In this document: positions 51,592-64,000 of the stretch, piece after piece
Position numbering within the stretch: position 1 is the stretch's first letter
How the letters are laid out: every line of letters starts with the position of its first letter
Assembly (NCBI RefSeq): GCF_001194135.2
Contig: NC_068981.1
Span: 125,456,422 to 125,520,421, forward strand
Origin: Octopus bimaculoides
Lineage: Eukaryota
Direction of reading: 5' to 3'
Length of the DNA stretch: 64,000 nt
Position numbers and translations under genes: made by a program
The notes under the pieces: model-generated
Told to the model about the DNA's origin: nothing
Seen by the model: only the letters and a program-made list of their open reading frames with translations
Database searches by the model: none

Positions 51592-51637
51592 AACACAACG
51601 TTTCAGCTGATATACCCTCCAGCCTTCATCAGGCGTC
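51592..51637 (-). ncRNA. Minimal type I hammerhead ribozyme (intact core)
   Basis: GACGC-CUGAUGA-A-GGCUG-gaggguauau-CAGCU-GAAAC-GUU-GUGUU. Helix III ACGU is self-complementary. Confidence 0.78.
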
Positions 51638-51885
51638 TTGGGGAAATTTCAAACCTGGGTTCTCATTCCTAAAGTTTTTTTTCGATGTTGTTATCATCAT
51701 CATTATTATTACTATTCAGGTCACTGCCTGGGATTGAACTCGGAATCTTGGGGTTAGTAGCCCGGGCTACTAACCCCAAGATTCCGAGTTCGATTCCAAG
51801 CAATGACCTGAATAATAATAATAATAATAATAACAACATCAAAAAATACCTTAGGAATGAGAACCCAGGTTTAAAATTTCCCCAA

Positions 51886-51931
51886 GACACCCGATGAAGG
51901 CTGGAGGGTATATCAGCCGAAACATTGTGTT
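51886..51931 (+). ncRNA. Mirror hammerhead copy with two core lesions
   Basis: GACAC-CcGAUGA-A-GGCUG..CAGCC-GAAAC-aUU-GUGUU. Confidence 0.65.
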
Positions 51932-54854
51932 AACAACAAACAAGATGAGGACAAATATCCATCAATTGTAAATAATGTACATAATTCCTCATCTCTTAAA
52001 TATAGAACAAATTGTAATTGTATTTAATATCCCAACACTCAGCTGAGGTTCTTTTGTTTTTGTTTTTTTTTTTTCTGAGCAATGTTGTAGCTAATCACAC
52101 AAAATCTTGAAAATGTGATAATGACAAATATATGATAGAGAATATTTCAACACATTAAAATAATAATGTAATTTTGAAGAAGGAGTAAAGTACATATGTA
52201 ATGTAATATTTAGTGGGTGAAATGCAATAAGTAGCAGAGAAGAGAAAATATTTATTTTTAAATATAATAAGCACAAGGCAACAAATTTAGGGATGAAAGA
52301 ACAACCTAGCATTATATTGCTACTTACCTCACTGATCCAGGGAAGGATGAAATGGAAAAAAAATCAACCTCAGTAGGATTTTATCTTTGAGCTTTAACTA
52401 AATACTTTATAGTAATTAATCAAATGCTCAAGGAGAAAATATTAATATACTGACAGAAAATTTGTTGAAAATATGCTACGTGGAAGTAGCATAACTAAGA
52501 TTGAAAACTGACAAAACCACTATCAGTGACAACCAAATAAATGCCTATTTTCTGAATATTGTCAAGGTTACATGTCACAGAACTATGTACAACCTTATAG
52601 ATTGGTTCAGCATTCAATATGACAAAAAAGTTCAAAGGTATTTTAACGCAGTTTTGACTATTTAGTTGTACCCTAGATAGATAAATACAAAATTTATATC
52701 TTGTTATTTCTTACAGTATTGGGTTATAAATCTAGACCTGTGAAAGGTTTTATACTTTCTACAAGTTAGTGTATGAAAAAAATGTTATCAAACAATTCCA
52801 TACACTTATAAGATAAAATATGTAAACCTTAAAGCTAGATTTCTTCAGATACAGCAGTGAATGTTTATGTCCCCACCACAAAAAAAAAAACACTTTAGTT
52901 GATATATAAAGTAATGATAGATAGATCTTTTTTCTCTCTCTCTCTCTCTCTCTCTGTAGAAGAGAGAGAATGTGTGTGTGTGTGTGTGTGTGTGAGCATG
53001 AAAGAAAGAAATATAGAGAAGAGAGACAGAGAGAGGAACACTCTTAACAGCAATACTATCAATAAACTTCACTGATATGAATGATGCCAAATATTAAGAA
53101 GCAGACATTTTTGCCATTCAAAATCAAACATTCTAAGAAAAAATTCACAGCTAAATAATATTTAAGCAGTATTTTGTAAAGGGTTCACAATTGTGATGTT
53201 CTTCAGAAAAGACAAAAAAAAAAAAGCATATCTTAAGTTCCGGTGTATTAGCAGATTTACAAAATATGTTACTAAATGATTAAATGCTAATGTAAAAAAT
53301 GCAAGTGAAAAAACACAAAAATGCACAGGTATTATTATAAAATTGCTTAAAAGCAATTTAAAAGTGACTTACGAAAAAGTGTAAACATATAAATTGATAC
53401 TTAAAGCTTTGAGAAGATTCAGCGGGAGGATAAGAAAAATTTCAAAGAATCTAACAAAAGCCTGCAGGTACATTGTGCAGTAATTGCATTAAAGTTTAAT
53501 GTGATTAAACATTAGATATGAACACTTAAGGTTTTAGCCCTAGCTAGGCTGAGTCATTTTAGTAGACTACATTTTTTTCATATAAAAATGTTCATCAACT
53601 CCTTTCTTCTCCATCTTATAATTTTCAACAAAAAAACTATAAGATTTAGTAATAGAAATTTTCATGAATTCAAATCAAATTGACAATATTTCAATGTAGA
53701 AAGACTGATATTATGAAAGTATGTTGTGATGGTTAAAAAGTAAATGTATTTTTCAACTGCTCTATGTTTTAAAGCAGCATGGCTTAGAAATTTTTTCTAT
53801 CGACTTATGTAATGACCTCAAATGCCAATCAGAAATCACACAAACATCAGAAATGAGATAAAGAAGGAACCTCAGCAAGGACACTCAACGAGTTAGAAAT
53901 AGAGTCAGATATCTATAAATTTACACCTAATCATCTAAAAAAAAAAAAAAAAAAATGATATATTGACTGATGCAGTCTCTACAGCAGAAAAAGAAAAAGC
54001 AGTATGGTGCCAGTTGGAACATCTTTGAATATAGGTTTGCTTGATTAAGACTGACATGAAACTAACAAACAACAACATCAACATGGAGAAGCCTAAAAGC
54101 AAGAATGCCAAAACAAAGGAAGATTTGGGAAGTTTTAACTGATGCTCTTGATAGGTATATATCAGAAGCAATTTGAATAATATATCTTCAGCAATTTGAT
54201 AATAACAAAACAAAGTAAGCAAATTATAAACAACAGTCACAGTCACTATCACACTTTAAACAAGAAGCTAAATCCAATGAAATAGCCTAGCTTACTTATC
54301 ATATAGTTGGAATGAGTATCAGTTAGCTGGAGAGGAGGAAAGACGTTATACAACAGAGATGTGGTACCCAAGGGAATGGAGTTAGAAAGTAACCACACTC
54401 TACAGTTTATATAAATATACATGTAGTGAGTTTCAGAGAAAGTATTATGACCAAAATAGGATGGTTGAACCACAATCAAAATGTCTTGGAAAACATAACA
54501 CAACATCTAAGGGATTTCCAAAGTTTCCAAGATAGACATTAAAGAAAATACAGTCATTATCACCTGTTACTTACTTCAAACACTCCAATTACAAATGAAG
54601 AAGGAAGCTTCTGCTTGGACACTTGACTTAGAAGAAATAGTAGCCAAATCACCCTAAAATCACTCCCTACTATCTTTAAAAAAGGAAGCAGACATACTGG
54701 ACAATGTAATCTTAGGTATACAAAAAGACAATGTTTGTGGATACATCACTGTTGATTACAGATTTGCTTGGTCATGGACTAACCAATAACAACATTCTAA
54801 TTACAGAAGTTTAATTACAATAAAACATGTTAATTCTAATCAGGATCCATTCAT

Positions 54855-54912
54855 TGTTAACAACAAACAAGATGAGGACAAATATCCATCAATTGTAAAT
54901 GATGTAAATAAT
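54855..54912 (+). repeat. Fragment of the 51.9-kb HHR-element tail
   Basis: TGTTAACAACAAACAAGATGAGGACAAATATCCATCAATTGTAAAT is identical to 51928-51973. Confidence 0.9.
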
Positions 54913-55749
54913 GTCCATTTATTTAGTACTCAACTTAGTTTCCATAATTACTGATCAAATGAGAGATGATTCTTATTCTGGACAGACATCAGCTACTGTA
55001 ATTTTTACTAGATAAGCTTGGCACATCTTACCTTCAAGCAAACTGAATCAATGTAGAATTAATGTCCAGAGACATACTGAGATATCTGCTGTCAGATTTG
55101 AAACTGATCCACAAATTGAAAGATCAATTTTGACATCCCAGGTGAAAATCTCAGGGGTTTCATTTTTAATCTGAAGTGATATGTTATAAAATGGTTTAAA
55201 GAGAACTGTCATTCATTTAAAATGTGGCCTTTGTCATTCTGAGTTACTACCATGAACAGTCAAGAAGCAATTTTTTTTTTCTCTTTTCAAAAACTTGCAA
55301 AAATTGTTTTACAACACAAAATTGTCACATACTCTCAAAGAAGTCTCAGATGGATATCTAATAAGAAAATTCTTTGTGGTTAACAATTTTAAGACTATAT
55401 TTCATTATACAACTTATGAAGCACAATGACTGAATTTAAGACAAATGACTGCATGAACAGGAGCTTAAATTTTTCTAAGGTCAAAATATTCTTTCCTAAA
55501 GCAAATCACAAAAGCTCTAAATAATTTAATCTCACAAACAACAAGTTCAACACTTCATGGCTGAGATTAGCAGAAATATATTAAGCTATCCAATATTTTG
55601 TAGAAAGGATAAAAAAATATCCAAACCATGCCTTCATGGAAAAACAGCTGTAAAATAGAAAGAAAATCTCTGATAAACACATTTAGAGATATAATAAGTC
55701 TATTTTCATTTCAACTAATGTCTATCCAAGAAAATATTCTGTAAAAAGA

Positions 55750-55785
<36 letters not shown>

Positions 55786-56062
55786 GTAGTCTTTCTGATT
55801 GTAAATAAGACACTTATGAATTCAATATGAATATTTCTTCCACTAACTTTTTAGTTACTTCAAAGTTGGATAGCAGTTATACATGACAAATATAAATACA
55901 CTAGTTCATGACAATGAACAGCTTTCAAGTATTACTACTAGTCAATATTTTTTCAAAAAATATACAAATGAGATGCTGGAACCTGTGTCAGTAATGCTTA
56001 ACTCATTTTATACAATATAGTAGATCATGTGACACAATCTCATAAACAAATATATATATATG

Positions 56063-56434
56063 TTCTTTTATTCTTTTACTTGTTTCAGTCATTCGACTGC
56101 AGCCATGCTGGAGCACCACTTTAAAGTGTGTTAGTCAAAGAAATCACCCCCAGAACTTATTCTTTTTAAGCCTAGTACTTATTCTATTGGTCTCTTTTGC
56201 TGAACTGGTAAGTTATGGGGACATAAACACACCAGCATCAGTTGTCAACACATACAAATATATCCATTTTCTAATTGTTACACACATTTTGGGTAAAACC
56301 TCCACTTTTACCCGCTCCCATTGATTGCACCTAGTATAGCACTAGTGTAGCAATAATTGGGTACCCTCCCAGCAGTATACTGGATAGATACTATCCCTTA
56401 GTGGGTTGAACCCCCAACCCCTAACTCTCTCACG

Positions 56435-56478
<44 letters not shown>

Positions 56479-56620
56479 CAGGCTTCTTCCAGTTTCCAAA
56501 TCCACACACAAGGCTTTGGTCAGCCTGAGGCTATAGTAGAAGACACTTGCCCAAGGTGTCATGCAGTGAGACTGAACCTGGAACCATGTGGTTGGAAAGC
56601 AAGCTTCTTACCACACACCT
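56063..56620 (-). mobile_element. Full SINE family B with a 174-bp insertion in its (TA)n tract
   Basis: Tail at 56063-56250 and head at 56477-56620. Confidence 0.88.
56263..56436 (-). mobile_element. Inverted copy of 13434-13607
   Basis: About 95% identical reverse complement. The CACGTT end abuts (TA)n in both copies. Confidence 0.92.
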
Positions 56621-58222
56621 GAGCCTTATATATATATATATAAATCTTGTGTAATTCTTTTTATTTATTTTAATTTTGTTTATAATTGGATGCAAAATTT
56701 TGACAAGAGGCTTGTAATCACTTTTAGTAAGCGACCAAAAATATAATCATATAAGTAAGGAAGTAAACATATTTAGATATTTGTATAAAATCTTGTTCAC
56801 AACAATCATTACTTTAACATCCACTTTTCTTCAATGGATTGTGTCAAATATTTTCTGATCTCTTAATCTTATGTCATCTCATTAGTGAAGCCTTACAATC
56901 TCAGATCTCACCAACCTAAACTTTTCCCCCCATCTTTTATTTTCTCTAATACTAACACAAAATCTCTCACCACTAATTTACAGTACCTGTTCATCTGCTT
57001 TGCAATATCTTGTCTCAATAAGCACAAATCATCCCTCCTTGAAATAACTCTATAGTACTTAATTCTTTTTTCAAATCATTTGCACTCAACATTCTCTACC
57101 TTAGTTTAGGATATGCTCACTTTCACAATGTTTTGATAGCATCATTATGAACTGCTTAATCTGATTAACCCTTCTAGATGAGCCTCTGCTTCAACCACAT
57201 AGTTGATTGGTTGCTTGTGGAAGAGTGCTTCTTAGGAATAGTTAATTGTCCACTACACTATGTGAATTTCTGATCTATCTATCTGCTTATATCTTTAGGT
57301 GTCACAGACGCAGTTCTTCAGCTTCCCCACTCTCCATATGTTAGTTATGATGGCTACTCATCTGATGCAGTGTGATAGATACAGATTTCTTCAATCCACA
57401 ATCTAAGAACCATTAATGAATACAATTTATATTGATTCCTTTTCAGCAATAAATGTCTAGAAATTATGTTATCTCTATAAGAAATGTTTTCCATGTTAGG
57501 AAATTTATATTTTAACCAAAATATTTTAAGTAATTTATATAACAGTTTATAAGTAACCAAATAATTTATATTTTAACCAAATTTTAATCAAAAAGTTTTA
57601 GACTTTGTTATTATTAGGTCCATTTAGGAAATATTTGCCCTTAGAAATTTAAATAGGTTTACATTGTATACACTTTAAAAACACTAGTAAAATTGCTTCA
57701 GTCTTTCAGCGTTTTATATCCCTTTCTCACATTTAGCATGGTTGGAAAGATTTGTGCAAACTGTAATATTGTTAGAACAAATATTTTTACAGCTAAGTGA
57801 ACTAACAATTCAATTATGAAATAAGGGTTGAAATAATCTGAATTATTGTTGCTGTTTATTTTGTATATTGTAATGATAATGCAAAACCTTGCTTGCTGCT
57901 TTCCAATTGTTTAGTTACAGTCTAGACTGTCATATTGTATGTGTTATTAAAATAGTCTCCTAGACTACTTCCAGTAGCATTGTACCCTTCACTATTGGTA
58001 GTAAGTGTGGAAACAAACACCTATATTCATTAAGTAATGAATATGTTGATATGGAGAACTGAGAATCGCATACGATGTTATTTCTACACTAACTTTCATA
58101 ATTGTTTTTGTAAGTTTTTTTTTTTTAAACTTGAAGCACTGACCATGAATTCTAAACTCTGTGTATATGTTCTTTATTGGAGTGAGAGGTGAGAGCTACA
58201 TATGATTGAGTCAATAAGATAC

Positions 58223-58275
58223 CAAAGGTCATATTTTCTGTCACTGGTGGTCAAAGGTCATATTTTCTGTCACTG
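58223..58275. repeat. 24-bp direct repeat with a 5-bp spacer
   Basis: CAAAGGTCATATTTTCTGTCACTG occurs twice. Confidence 0.9.
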
Positions 58276-59132
58276 ACAGTTATAGGCAGGTCCCATAGAC
58301 AGGTACAGTTTAACTTCTGTAGGTAGTGGTAGCATTGTAAAATGTAAGAGCATTTCATTGGCATATGAATTTAGCCATAGGACATGTTAGGTTGCACCAA
58401 CCTCAATATACCTAAGACAAGCTTCTATGTGAGACATGAGAAAACTGTGGCTGACAGGACTTTCTGAATGACAAGACTAATGAAAAATTACCTGCTGTTC
58501 TTTTAACAGTGCAGCCTGTCTAATGATGAGCTATATCACATTTGGCTTGCTTCTAAAAATGGTTGCTCATGCCTGCTCTTTGTTGACAGTCAACTTGTCC
58601 AAAATAACAATGAAATCTCCATCATATGATATCCTACTGTTTTAGAAACTGACACGTTGGATGATGTAGTCCTGGGGTCCCTGCTCATAAAAACCAGCAC
58701 AGTTGTAGTTGGAATATCTTTGATTATAAGTCTATTCAGTCAGGACTAACATGGGGCTAAATACAACACATGCCTACCACCATAGTCTCTAACCCTCATA
58801 CACAAGAGTGGAGGAGCCTTGTTGCTTTTGTAAGGGATTCATGGTATCAAATACTGGAAAAAAATTATTAACAAAGTTAAATAACAGTTAAATGAAGAAA
58901 ATAATATAAAAGCACTCACTGTTATTTAATGAGAAAATGTGCATGATATCATTGAATCCCAAGCTATTTTTCGATAAAAATTTATAACACAAACTAATCT
59001 TCCACGTTAATTTGTGTAACAACTTTGATCTTTAATTATGCTCTTTAAATAACTGACAAAATTAGATTTAACGATTTTATGTTTTACTATCCAATTTACT
59101 ATCAAACTTGCCTCTTAACTTCTAATCACCAT

Positions 59133-60216
59133 CAATGATGATATCGTTTTACAATTTTTCTGTGGTCATACTGGGGCACTACTTTCAAGTGTTGTTGTTG
59201 ATTATATTGACCACTGTAGTTTGTATGGTATTTTATTAACCTTAAAGTAAGAAAGACTCAGTCAACTGTTATGACAAGGTATTTCAGCTCGACTCACCAG
59301 TCTTTTTTACTCTCACACTGACCCCTCCACCCATTTAGATCTCCAGATCAACACTGGTCAGTTCAGGTCATATGGTTGTTTTTGTGGTCATAACAACATC
59401 AGTTCTTTTATTGGTAGGTTCACGTGGTACAGGAAACAGGATGTTGGAATTACATTGTTGGCATCCTGCTGGATGTGTTCAGTAACATCGGCTTTTTTAC
59501 ATTGGATACTATATATAGTAAAACAGACGACATATCAGTTAGTCATTATTTTGTTGGGTGTGCTGGCATGGCTGTGTGGTAAGACAGAAAAGTAGAAAGA
59601 AAATAAAATATATGGGAGAGATTTTTTTATAAGATGTTTAGTTACTAAATATTTTATAAACAATCTCTGTTTTGTTTTATTTGCTACAATGCATTCTGTA
59701 AAATACCCAAAGTCTGGATTCATACCATATTACACAAGTACAATAACTTGAGTAACAAGGCACACAAATAGGAAAAATGATGTATCTTATTATTGTCGCC
59801 AGAGGTACAGCCTATTAATGAACTTCAAACCAATGGTAGCTGATAAATTCAATCAAGCCCACACACAGCGACAGGAGATACAATTCCTGCAGCCTATTGA
59901 GATTACGACCTTGTATGCCCGTCATGCTAACTTATTTGTATCTGACATCATCAAAACAATTAATTTCCCACAGGGTAACTAATGTCACAAAACTACCATA
60001 CCCAACAGAATAATGACTAACTGACATTTCGCCTGTTTTACCATATATAGTATCCAATGTGATATTTGCATTCATAACAGTTGCCTGAGTCGTTCTTACT
60101 CCTTTAAGGTCAATAAAATACCATACAAACTACAGTGGTCAATATAATCAACAAAAACACTTGAAAGTAGTGCCCCAGCATGACCACAGAAAAATTGTAA
60201 AAATATATCATCATTG
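59133..60216. repeat. 1.1-kb two-tier foldback
   Basis: Outer arms 59133-59274 / 60072-60216 and inner arms 59499-59562 / 59997-60060. Confidence 0.9.
59298..59334 (-). CDS. Candidate first coding exon MGGGVSVRVKKT(G)
   Basis: ATG...ACTG|GTGAGT donor and an MGxxxS myristoylation consensus. No downstream exon was found. Confidence 0.3.
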
Positions 60217-60945
60217 TTTTAACTTACACTTTTCCATGCTTGCATAGATCAGATCAATTCTTTTAAGGCAGGTTTTCTACAACCAGTTGCCAATGTTCAC
60301 TTGTTTGTTTCCAAGCAAGGCAATATTTCCCTTACCTCTTTGAATAGCGGATTACTCAAAGGGTGAACATATTTTCATGGAAGATTACAAATAAAGAACA
60401 CCATGACTCTCATTATATGCATGGTGACTTTGTTTACAATCAGCATGCAAATGTTGAGGGAACACAGCATATATACATACATGCATGCATGCATACATAC
60501 ATATATACATCCATGCCAGTGACATGTAAAAGGCACCTGCACCAGTGACATGTAAGAAACACCCAATACACTCTGTAAAGGGATTAGTGTTAGGAATGGT
60601 ATCCAGCAATAGAAACCAAACCAAAAGAGATGGCTGGAGTCTGGTGCTACTCTCTGGCTTACCAGTCCCAGTCAAACCATCTTACCCATGCCAGCATGGA
60701 AAATGGATGTTTGATAATGATGATGATATATTCATACAAATGGGTTTTTAAAACTTACATCTATGAAATTTGCTCACAAGACATTGGTAAGCTTGAGGCT
60801 CTTGTACAAGAATCTTGCCCAAGAAACCATGCAGTGTGACTAAATCTGAAGCCAAATGACTGCAAAGCAAACTCAACCAAGCAGCAATGCCTGTGTTAGG
60901 AAGTATATTATGTACTTTTATCCTACATATATATTATATATAAAT

Positions 60946-61325
60946 CCATGGCTGTGTGTTGAGAAGTTTGCTTGCCAACCACATGGTTCCAGGTTCAGTC
61001 CCACTGCATGACAGCTTGGGGAAAGTGACTTCTACTATAACCATGGGCCAACCAAAGCCTTGTGAGTGCACTTGGTAGACAGAAACTGAAAGAAGTGCAT
61101 TGTATGTATACATACATACGTGAGTGTGTGTGAGTCTTTGTGTTTGTCCCCCTATCACTGCTTGGTTTGTTATGGCTCCATAGCTTAGCAGTTTGGCAAA
61201 AGTGACCAACAGAATAAGTACCAGACTGGAAAAAAATAAGTAGTGGGGTCAATTTGTTTGACTAAACCCTTCAAGGCAGTGCTCAAGCATAGCCACAGTC
61301 CAAAGACTGAAACAATTAAAAGATA
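60946..61325 (+). mobile_element. Full SINE family B
   Basis: CATGGCTGTGTGTTGAGAAG..GGTTCCAGGTTCAGTCCCACTG..AGCATAGCCACAGTCC..GAAACAA. Confidence 0.87.
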
Positions 61326-61468
61326 CATATATATATGATTTTAAATTCTCAATCGCAGAATAATGCTAATAATATAGCCTGAACAGGATAAACTATCCCT
61401 ATTTTGCAGAGAAAAGTGTAGGTGGCTAAAGTTTTATAAAAGTATGTATATATATATATATATACATG

Positions 61469-61517
<49 letters not shown>

Positions 61518-62194
61518 CTAACATATTTCAGCAAAAAAAAAGGTAAATAATATATAAACTTGTATGTTTTTAAGTTTAACACTTTTTTTGCATTTTATCT
61601 ATCAAGGTTGACATTCAAAGCCTTCTTCTAACTACAACAAAGTAAATTAAACCTTCCTGTAAACTGAACTATTACTTTCCTCTCGAGAAACAATAAAAGG
61701 TTAATGAGGTCACCACTATATGTCAGCTATTAGTTAAGTGAGAATGAGAAAGTTCATAGATGACTTTGGTAACACTGCACTCCAGAGAATAGGGTTAATT
61801 TATTTCAGCTGCACTGTATACTTTAGCAGAGCTATGGTATTTAACAATATTGGAATTAGCCAAACACATCTATGACACAACCTCTTAACATTTGAGCTGA
61901 TAAAATAGAAACTTTATTGTCAAAGTAATAAAACACTTGAAACTTACTTTTATTTAAAGATAACAAATTTATGTATTCAAGTGAGTTTGAAAATTTTTGA
62001 AAACTATTCTAAAATGTTAGCCTGAAAATAATTGAAATACCTACCTATCTCAGTGAAGTGACACACTACCTTAACCCTATGTAACCTGAAAAAGCAATTT
62101 TCTCAGTAACTGATGATCAACTAAGATAACAAAAGAGTCTCTATATAGTGATTCACGAGAAATGGCAGCAAATTCTTCGTCAATTTACACACTA

Positions 62195-62583
62195 CTAAAG
62201 GTAGTAGTATGGGGGCATGCACTGTAACAGCACGTTGCTGCATGCACCATTTGCTGGTGGTTCCCTACTCCTGGCAGATGAAACCTTTGCACCACTCAGG
62301 TGACAACCCTTCAAATCATAGGTCTGTTTGGGTGGTCGTTGCTGGTGAGGGTTTTACAAGGTTGGAGTGCAAATCCTACCTCAACCTCTTTTAGTTGCCT
62401 TTTATGACACACAGAGAAAAAGATGGGTCTGTTCTTTGACATGCCAGTCTCTATATAACACTAGAGCAATGTGAAATGAAGTGTTTTACTCAGGAACACA
62501 ACACACCAACTAGTCTGGGATTTGAACTCATGATTTGGCAATCATGAATGCAATACCCTAAACCATTAGGCCATGCACCTTCA
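62195..62583 (-). mobile_element. tRNA-headed SINE (E-like head, different tail ending in (ACT)n)
   Basis: Head reverse complement GGTGCATGGCCTAATGG..GAGTTCAAATCCC..GTGTTCCTGAGTAAAACAC. Confidence 0.6.
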
Positions 62584-63242
62584 TACCCAACTGGATAATA
62601 TAATCCTGAATATATAAGTAAAAAAAAAAACAGGATGGTCATGTCTGGAACACTTTTTATAAGGCTCAATCATTTTGCATCCAGAATTTTCCTTACTCAG
62701 TTTACTACAATCCATTATTGTTCTTTTTATATCCTGATGATGAAACAAGAACAAGGAGGAAGTGAGTAAGAGAGAGGAAGGTGTTTAAAAAAAAAAGGTG
62801 CGGAGAATGATGAATGATGAAGAAACAGCAACAAATTATAAAACAAAAATAGACTACAAAAGAAATGATGTAACTAATGCAAAAAATATTCACTAATTTC
62901 ACACAAAAATATAAAAAGCAAAGAAAAGAGAAAGGGAATTGAGCATTTGATTTTATCGAAGAAATTAGAAATCACAAAAATGCTGCATTGAAAACATAGA
63001 AATTATAAAAATAAAACAAAATCTAGAATATCAAAAGAAATTCCTTTCATGCGTCCACTAGTACACACTGCATCGCTACCATCACTGTATGATTCAACAT
63101 TTAAAATAGATATTCAAAACTGGTTTTAAGAAAGAATCAGAACCGTTTTGCAAGAGAGTTCTGTGTAAATTCTCAAGAAGATGCCACAATGAAGAATTTA
63201 TTGGACAAAAGCAGAGTATACAAAGAAATGTGTGTTAATTAA

Positions 63243-63434
63243 TCTTTTAGCATTTAAACCAGCCATATCTGGCCCAATATTCTACGTTTTGTGTTCAAAC
63301 CAGCCAGATCCAGATTCTCACACCTACCCTACAAAGTCATTCTAAAACTAATCACAAAGATAATGCATGATTAATTTAAAACAATGTGAATAAATAAGCA
63401 TTATACTTGACAGAGTAATGTGAATGCTAAAGGG
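63243..63434. mobile_element. piggyBac-type MITE family 2
   Basis: TTAA at both ends; ...GAATGCTAAAGGG|TTAA. Confidence 0.85.
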
Positions 63435-64000
63435 TTAAGGTAAGGATGCCAAGAGTGTTTTTACTCCTCTTTCTCTATTACTACACCTAATGAGTACTGA
63501 TGAGAACCCTTGCTGTGCCACTGGACAATAAAAACAGCAATTTAGAAACAGAAAAAAGACTTAAGAAGTTTGCTAATAATAAAAAAAAATGTTAAAATGT
63601 TAGATTAGAAGAATGAGTAATTAAATATGTTTAATACAATGTCAGAGAATTGAAGCATCAGTTTGTTGAAACGTGACTGAATATCTTTATCCAGAAAATC
63701 CTACATTATGCTGTCACAGTACAGAAAATAGATGCGAGTCTGTTTTATCCTTTTTTCTTTAATCAATATTTTTCATGAAATAAAAAAATTAAATATTGAG
63801 AAAAGAAGGCATAAAACTTGTCATTTGAAGAAAATTTTATAATAGTATTGTTAGGAAAAAATGTGAGTTTGGAAAAAAAATTCTCTATGTTTGAATATTT
63901 GGCTACCAACTAGAATTCTGCTATTGAGAACTGTTGCATCATATGCAATTATCAAACTTGTATTATCAATTTTGATTAATTTTCAAAATGAAATTAATAT

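Larger units (their letters stand above)
51537..51986. mobile_element. 450-bp palindrome: tRNA-like head, (AAT)n and HHR-bearing tail in each arm
   Basis: Centre CCCGGG at 51761-51766. Arms are ~225 bp. Each arm has a GAGTT(C)GATTCC-type B-box and a hammerhead. Confidence 0.9.

Noticed and set aside
51764-51810. Functional tRNA gene
   Set aside because: Only the 3' half is present, with no acceptor stem or D-arm. It is SINE-head derived, as are the other tRNA-like heads in the window.
53407-53467. Plus-strand exon FEKIQREDKKNFKESNKSLQ|GTACAT
   Set aside because: The AAG acceptor is poor and there is no homology evidence.
56800-57250. Possible RTE 3' end on the minus strand
   Set aside because: Too decayed to show clear motifs.
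1-64000. CRISPR arrays, rRNA or prokaryotic operons
   Set aside because: There are no regularly spaced repeats with unique spacers and no rRNA motifs. The sequence is eukaryotic repeat-rich DNA.

Overview
This is AT-rich eukaryotic non-coding DNA from a draft assembly with 8 N-gaps. Its SINE families and microsatellite load look like octopus (coleoid cephalopod) sequence; that is recognition from memory, not a database hit. No host gene could be identified, and almost all ORFs in the supplied track are microsatellite, SINE or gap artefacts. Supportable content: a decayed D34D mariner, CR1-like and RTE-like LINE remnants, dozens of tRNA-derived SINEs in about 5 families, hAT-type and piggyBac-type MITEs, and several foldback palindromes. 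The main signal is a set of Penelope-like (PLE) or retrozyme-like elements. One is an RT-less 249-aa ORF encoding a PLE GIY-YIG endonuclease, with a hammerhead ribozyme (HHR) about 950 bp downstream, sitting in (TA)n. Four more HHR loci have unrelated flanks, and one of them joins a tRNA-like Pol III head to an HHR-bearing tail in a 450-bp palindrome. In all five HHRs helix III is a palindrome or one CpG-type change from one, as expected for dimer-acting minimal HHRs. Weak candidates for host exons are two 9-nt microexons (+) and an MGGGVS-starting exon (-) looped out of a 1.1-kb foldback.
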